DNA from: Candidatus Terraquivivens tengchongensis | GTDB taxonomy: Archaea > Thermoproteota > Nitrososphaeria_A > Caldarchaeales > Wolframiiraptoraceae | Assembly (NCBI GenBank): GCA_023261845.1 | Contig: JALNJZ010000013.1 | Coordinates: forward strand, 1-10,002 | Reading direction: 5' to 3' | DNA: 10,002 nt | Shown: one piece after another, positions 7,232-10,002 of the stretch | How positions within the stretch are numbered: position 1 is the stretch's first letter | Layout: each line of letters starts with the position of its first letter | Made by a program: the position numbers and the translations under genes | Notes under the pieces: model-generated | The model's database searches: none | The model's input: the letters and a program-made list of their open reading frames with translations, nothing else | What the model was told of the DNA's origin: nothing

Positions 7232-8263
7232 ATGCCGAAGGTCATTGAATGGGTTGGTGCAAAGGAGAGCGACATAGTCTGGAGATACCCCAATGAGGAG
7301 ATTGCATGGGGAGACATCCTCGTGGTTCACGAATATGAAGCAGTAGTCTTCTTTAGGGATGGTAAAGCATATGACGTGTTTAGGGCTGGGCGACACGTCC
7401 TAACAACAGCAAACCTGCCACTATTCACAAAAGCACTGTCAGCTATATCGGGCTTTGATAAAGTCCCATTCAGAGCAACGGTAGTTTTTGTATCGCTTAA
7501 ACAGTTTCAAGGAAGATTTGGTGCTCAAAGCCAAACAAAAGAACTGGCCCCGCTTAAGTTCTATGGCAGCTTCTGGTTCAGAGTTGAGGATTCAAACCTA
7601 TTCGTAAACGAGGTTGTGGGCGGCCAAGGAGCCTATACAACCGAGAGGCTGCAAGAATTCTTAAGGGGGTACTTTAACGAGAAGCTAATTGATACCTTGA
7701 GCCAATATTCGCTTATTGAAGTATATGGTAAGCTTGATGAAACCAGTTTCTTAGCCAAGAACGTCCTTTATGATGCATTCAAGAGGATAGGGCTGGAACT
7801 CATAGACGTAAAATTTGAGGGAATAGATACAACACCGGAATGGAGAGATAGGCTATTTTACTTGAGAACTGGTGTCATAGCACCGGAAGTCTTGAGGATG
7901 GAAACTGTCCAAAAGGCTGCTGAGAGTTTATCAAAAAGTCCGGGAGCGGCTGTTGGAGCTGGCATAGCCATAATCCCACCGTTATTCCAGTCGCCAACGG
8001 CTCAGGCCCAATCAATGGTGCTTTGTCCTAAATGCGGCTTCCAGAACCCACAAACAGCAAAATTCTGTGGTAATTGCGGGGCACCGCTGCAAGTTGTTGG
8101 TCCATCTTGCCCGAAATGCGGTACGGCGAATCCTGCAGGAGCGAAGTTTTGCATGAACTGCGGAAGCCCGCTTCAAACATCCAGCAAATGTCAGAAATGC
8201 GGAAGCGAGGTTCAGCCTGGAATGAAATTCTGCCCAAACTGTGGAGAAAAACTAGCTCAGTAA
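7232..8263 (+). CDS. SPFH/Band-7 domain protein (YdjI/virion-core-protein-like, no TM anchor) with three C-terminal zinc ribbons
   Basis: IVWRYP..EI..G..LVV.E.EAVVFFRDGKA.DVF.AGRH.LTT.NLP is the YdjI-type SPFH N-terminus. The C-terminus has 3x CxxC-x10-CxxCG (CPKC/CGNC, CPKC/CMNC, CQKC/CPNC). Confidence 0.9.
   Translation: MPKVIEWVGAKESDIVWRYPNEEIAWGDILVVHEYEAVVFFRDGKAYDVFRAGRHVLTTANLPLFTKALSAISGFDKVPFRATVVFVSLKQFQGRFGAQSQTKELAPLKFYGSFWFRVEDSNLFVNEVVGGQGAYTTERLQEFLRGYFNEKLIDTLSQYSLIEVYGKLDETSFLAKNVLYDAFKRIGLELIDVKFEGIDTTPEWRDRLFYLRTGVIAPEVLRMETVQKAAESLSKSPGAAVGAGIAIIPPLFQSPTAQAQSMVLCPKCGFQNPQTAKFCGNCGAPLQVVGPSCPKCGTANPAGAKFCMNCGSPLQTSSKCQKCGSEVQPGMKFCPNCGEKLAQ
8023..8253 (+). repeat. Three degenerate intragenic zinc-ribbon repeats
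   Basis: Recurring AAATGCGG plus AAATTCTGTGGTAATTGCGG / AAGTTTTGCATGAACTGCGG / AAATTCTGCCCAAACTGTGG at about 80 nt spacing. Confidence 0.75.
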
Positions 8264-8267
8264 ATCC

Positions 8268-8858
8268 TTATGCCGTTCTCTTAGCGCCGCAGTTGGGACA
8301 TACGATCTCTGTCTGTGGGAAGAGTGCCCCGCAGTATTTACATGGGACCATTACTACTTCGCGGATCACTTCCTTTACAACTGGTGCAGCTGGCGGCTGA
8401 GCAACTTGTATCTCTACTGTGGGGCTAACGATGTCTGGCCTGCCCTTAACTGCTACTACACCTTTAATTGTCCATGTAACTCTCCTGTCTACACTCTTTG
8501 AGGTCGGCTTCATGGTTATTGGAATTGGAATGTTAAAGGGAAACTTATTCGAAAAACCCTTTGAAATATGTAAGGGGCCGCTGAGGCTTGGTTTGACAGA
8601 ATAGATTGTTGCAGATTCCCAAACCTCTGTGAAGATTTCCCTCTTCAAGGACGGGCTATAGATTCTTTTCTGAACCTTGGCCGACTCAACGCACTGTAGC
8701 TCACATCTGATCTCCTCAGAGTCAAACTCCTCCTCGGAAGACACAATTAATTCTCCTTTAATGTCTCCACCAAGAAAAAACACAGAATCGCTAAGGTTCA
8801 GTTTCAAGTTAACTTTTGGTGGCGTAACCTTCTTAGCTAACTTCCTTAAGAAAGACAT
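8268..8858 (-). CDS. Arrestin-N/Spo0M-like beta-sandwich protein with C-terminal zinc ribbon
   Basis: LKLNL....FFLGGDIKGELIV.......EEIRCELQCVE ... GFSNKFPFNIPIP....PT......VTWTIKGVV.VKGRPD follows the arrestin-N/Spo0M strand pattern. It ends with VIREVVMVPCKYCG......CPNCGA. Confidence 0.72.
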   Translation of the reverse strand: MSFLRKLAKKVTPPKVNLKLNLSDSVFFLGGDIKGELIVSSEEEFDSEEIRCELQCVESAKVQKRIYSPSLKREIFTEVWESATIYSVKPSLSGPLHISKGFSNKFPFNIPIPITMKPTSKSVDRRVTWTIKGVVAVKGRPDIVSPTVEIQVAQPPAAPVVKEVIREVVMVPCKYCGALFPQTEIVCPNCGAKRTA

Positions 8859-8919
8859 GATGACCTTCGAAAGAAATGTAAAAAATAAAGGTTATTAAAT
8901 ATTTTCGTAATTTTCAAAA

Positions 8920-9759
8920 TCATTTAACTTTAAGGTCCACTGAAAGTTCAACGGGTTGGATGATACTGAGTCGATAATTTCCTGGAGCTGCTTTAATTAA
9001 CAGCATTGCGGAGTAGGTAGCGTTTTTCTTTTCCACAGGTATCTCCAAATAATGTTCTGTTCTTCCAGTTTCAAGGGATGTTATCTTAAATTTAAAGATC
9101 TTACTTTCTTCTTGAAGTGGTGCGAAGACCCATGCGTATACCATGAATTCTCCATAACCTGAACCTTCGGCCGAGGTTTCTAACGTATTGACGAGTAGGG
9201 CATAAGACCTCGTAGACCCTTCTGCCGTGATCCAATGGGTCGTATTCTGAGGACTTATGCCTCCAAGATATATGATGCATGCACCGTATGCCCTCGTAGA
9301 AATAGATAATCTTATACTTCCCGAACCTTCGGCTTCAGCCCAATAAGCTTTCAATCTTAGAGAATATCTTCCAGGCTCTCTCCTTAACGGTACGTCATAT
9401 CCAGGTATGATGACCATGATTCTAGCGCACGAAGCATTAAAGAAAAGAATGCAGGGCATGTTGATGCTGTAGTTTGCATTCTTTGATACCAAGTCTGCTC
9501 TGATATTCAACGAGATAGATTTTAAGCCTTCTACACCCCAGTCAGCTAGCTTAAATTTTAACATATCTGGTTTCCCTACGTCTATTATGGCTATTTCCCC
9601 AAAATCCTTCGTGCCCTTTTCATCACGCACGTCTAATTCAACGTTTAGTATTGATGGGTTTGTTAGTAATGTAGTAGTTGTCGCCGGAGGATAGACTTCT
9701 CCAACATAAAGTAGCGTTAAAGAGAGTATTAGGATTCCTACAATGACAATTATTACCAA
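8920..9759 (-). CDS. Membrane-anchored surface/exported hypothetical protein, beta-rich
   Basis: N-terminal hydrophobic helix, PPATTTT linker and alternating beta-strand patterns (PGRYSLRL, PGNYRLSI). N-glycosylation sequons NYS, NAS, NTT, NAT and a Cys pair (MPC...SC). The start is uncertain. Confidence 0.75.
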   Translation of the reverse strand: MVIIVIVGILILSLTLLYVGEVYPPATTTTLLTNPSILNVELDVRDEKGTKDFGEIAIIDVGKPDMLKFKLADWGVEGLKSISLNIRADLVSKNANYSINMPCILFFNASCARIMVIIPGYDVPLRREPGRYSLRLKAYWAEAEGSGSIRLSISTRAYGACIIYLGGISPQNTTHWITAEGSTRSYALLVNTLETSAEGSGYGEFMVYAWVFAPLQEESKIFKFKITSLETGRTEHYLEIPVEKKNATYSAMLLIKAAPGNYRLSIIQPVELSVDLKVK

Positions 9760-9868
9760 AATAAATCTAGGCCTAAACGTATAGCTCGCCCGATTAACAT
9801 CTCCTTCCTAGGTTATATAAAAAATATTCCTACGGAAGCTTTGACGATTACTCAGAGAAATTATTTTA

Positions 9869-9964
9869 CGGGCCCGGCGGGATTCGGACCCGCGACCCCC
9901 GGGTTAAAAGCCTCACCGAGACTTTCATCTCACCGGTGCTCTATCCTGGCTGAGCTACGGGCCC
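9869..9964 (-). tRNA. tRNA-Lys(UUU) with 21-nt non-canonical intron at position 30/31; CCA not encoded
   Basis: Minus strand: GGGCCCG TA GCTC AGCCAGGATA GAGC A CCGG [TGAGATGAAAGTCTCGGTGAG] G CTTTTAA CCCGG GGGTC GCGGG TCCGAAT CCCGC CGGGCCC G. Intron removal restores the CCGGG/CCCGG anticodon stem. Confidence 0.95.
9912..9932 (-). other. tRNA intron within a strict bulge-helix-bulge motif
   Basis: GAG-CACC-GG^T-GAGAT-GAAA-GTCTC-GGTG-AG^G-CTT. This gives a 4-bp central helix CACC/GGTG, two 3-nt bulges and an intron hairpin capped by GAAA. Confidence 0.92.
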
Positions 9965-9992
9965 AACCGTTAATTCAACACCCTCCTAATAT

Positions 9993-10000
9993 TTTATAAA
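9993..10000 (-). promoter_or_regulatory. TATA box of tRNA-Lys
   Basis: TTTATAAA 29-36 nt upstream of the mature tRNA 5' end. Confidence 0.6.
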
Positions 10001-10002
10001 CC

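Noticed and set aside
7232-8263. Viral origin suggested by the 'virion core protein' family label
   Set aside because: That label is a legacy annotation for YdjI-type SPFH proteins, and no viral hallmark genes are present.
5120-8898. ORFs 5120-5311, 5863-6180, 6759-7214, 7211-7396, 8028-8237, 8074-8400, 8419-8604, 8677-8898
   Set aside because: All are antisense or off-frame overlaps of better-supported genes, with atypical composition.
1-10002. CRISPR array, IS element, integrase or att repeats
   Set aside because: No regularly spaced repeats, transposase/integrase ORF or duplicated tRNA ends seen by eye.

Overview
Archaeal chromosomal segment, probably Thermoproteota/TACK (Bathyarchaeia-like). 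The taxonomy is inferred from TATA-box/leaderless gene starts, an archaeal-type UMP kinase, tRNAs lacking encoded CCA and a BHB tRNA intron at a non-canonical position. Left part: 5' end of a membrane-anchored protein (- strand), pyrH, a fused class I SAM methyltransferase + D-Ala-D-Ala-ligase-like ATP-grasp enzyme, a convergent mandelate-racemase-subgroup enzyme with an atypical KxH motif, and tRNA-Leu(UAA). A ~5.6 kb accessory block lies between the inward-pointing 3' ends of tRNA-Leu and an intron-containing tRNA-Lys(UUU). It holds a truncated/chimeric EamA gene, DUF4870-like and DUF4405-like membrane proteins, a wHTH protein, and a three-gene operon (frameshifted ~4-TM protein, helical protein, SPFH + triple zinc ribbon). 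That operon converges on an arrestin/Spo0M-fold + zinc-ribbon protein, followed by a surface protein. The best candidates for an uncharacterised system are the SPFH/zinc-ribbon/arrestin-like membrane module and the methyltransferase-ATP-grasp fusion. All family calls are from motif recognition by eye; no searches were run.
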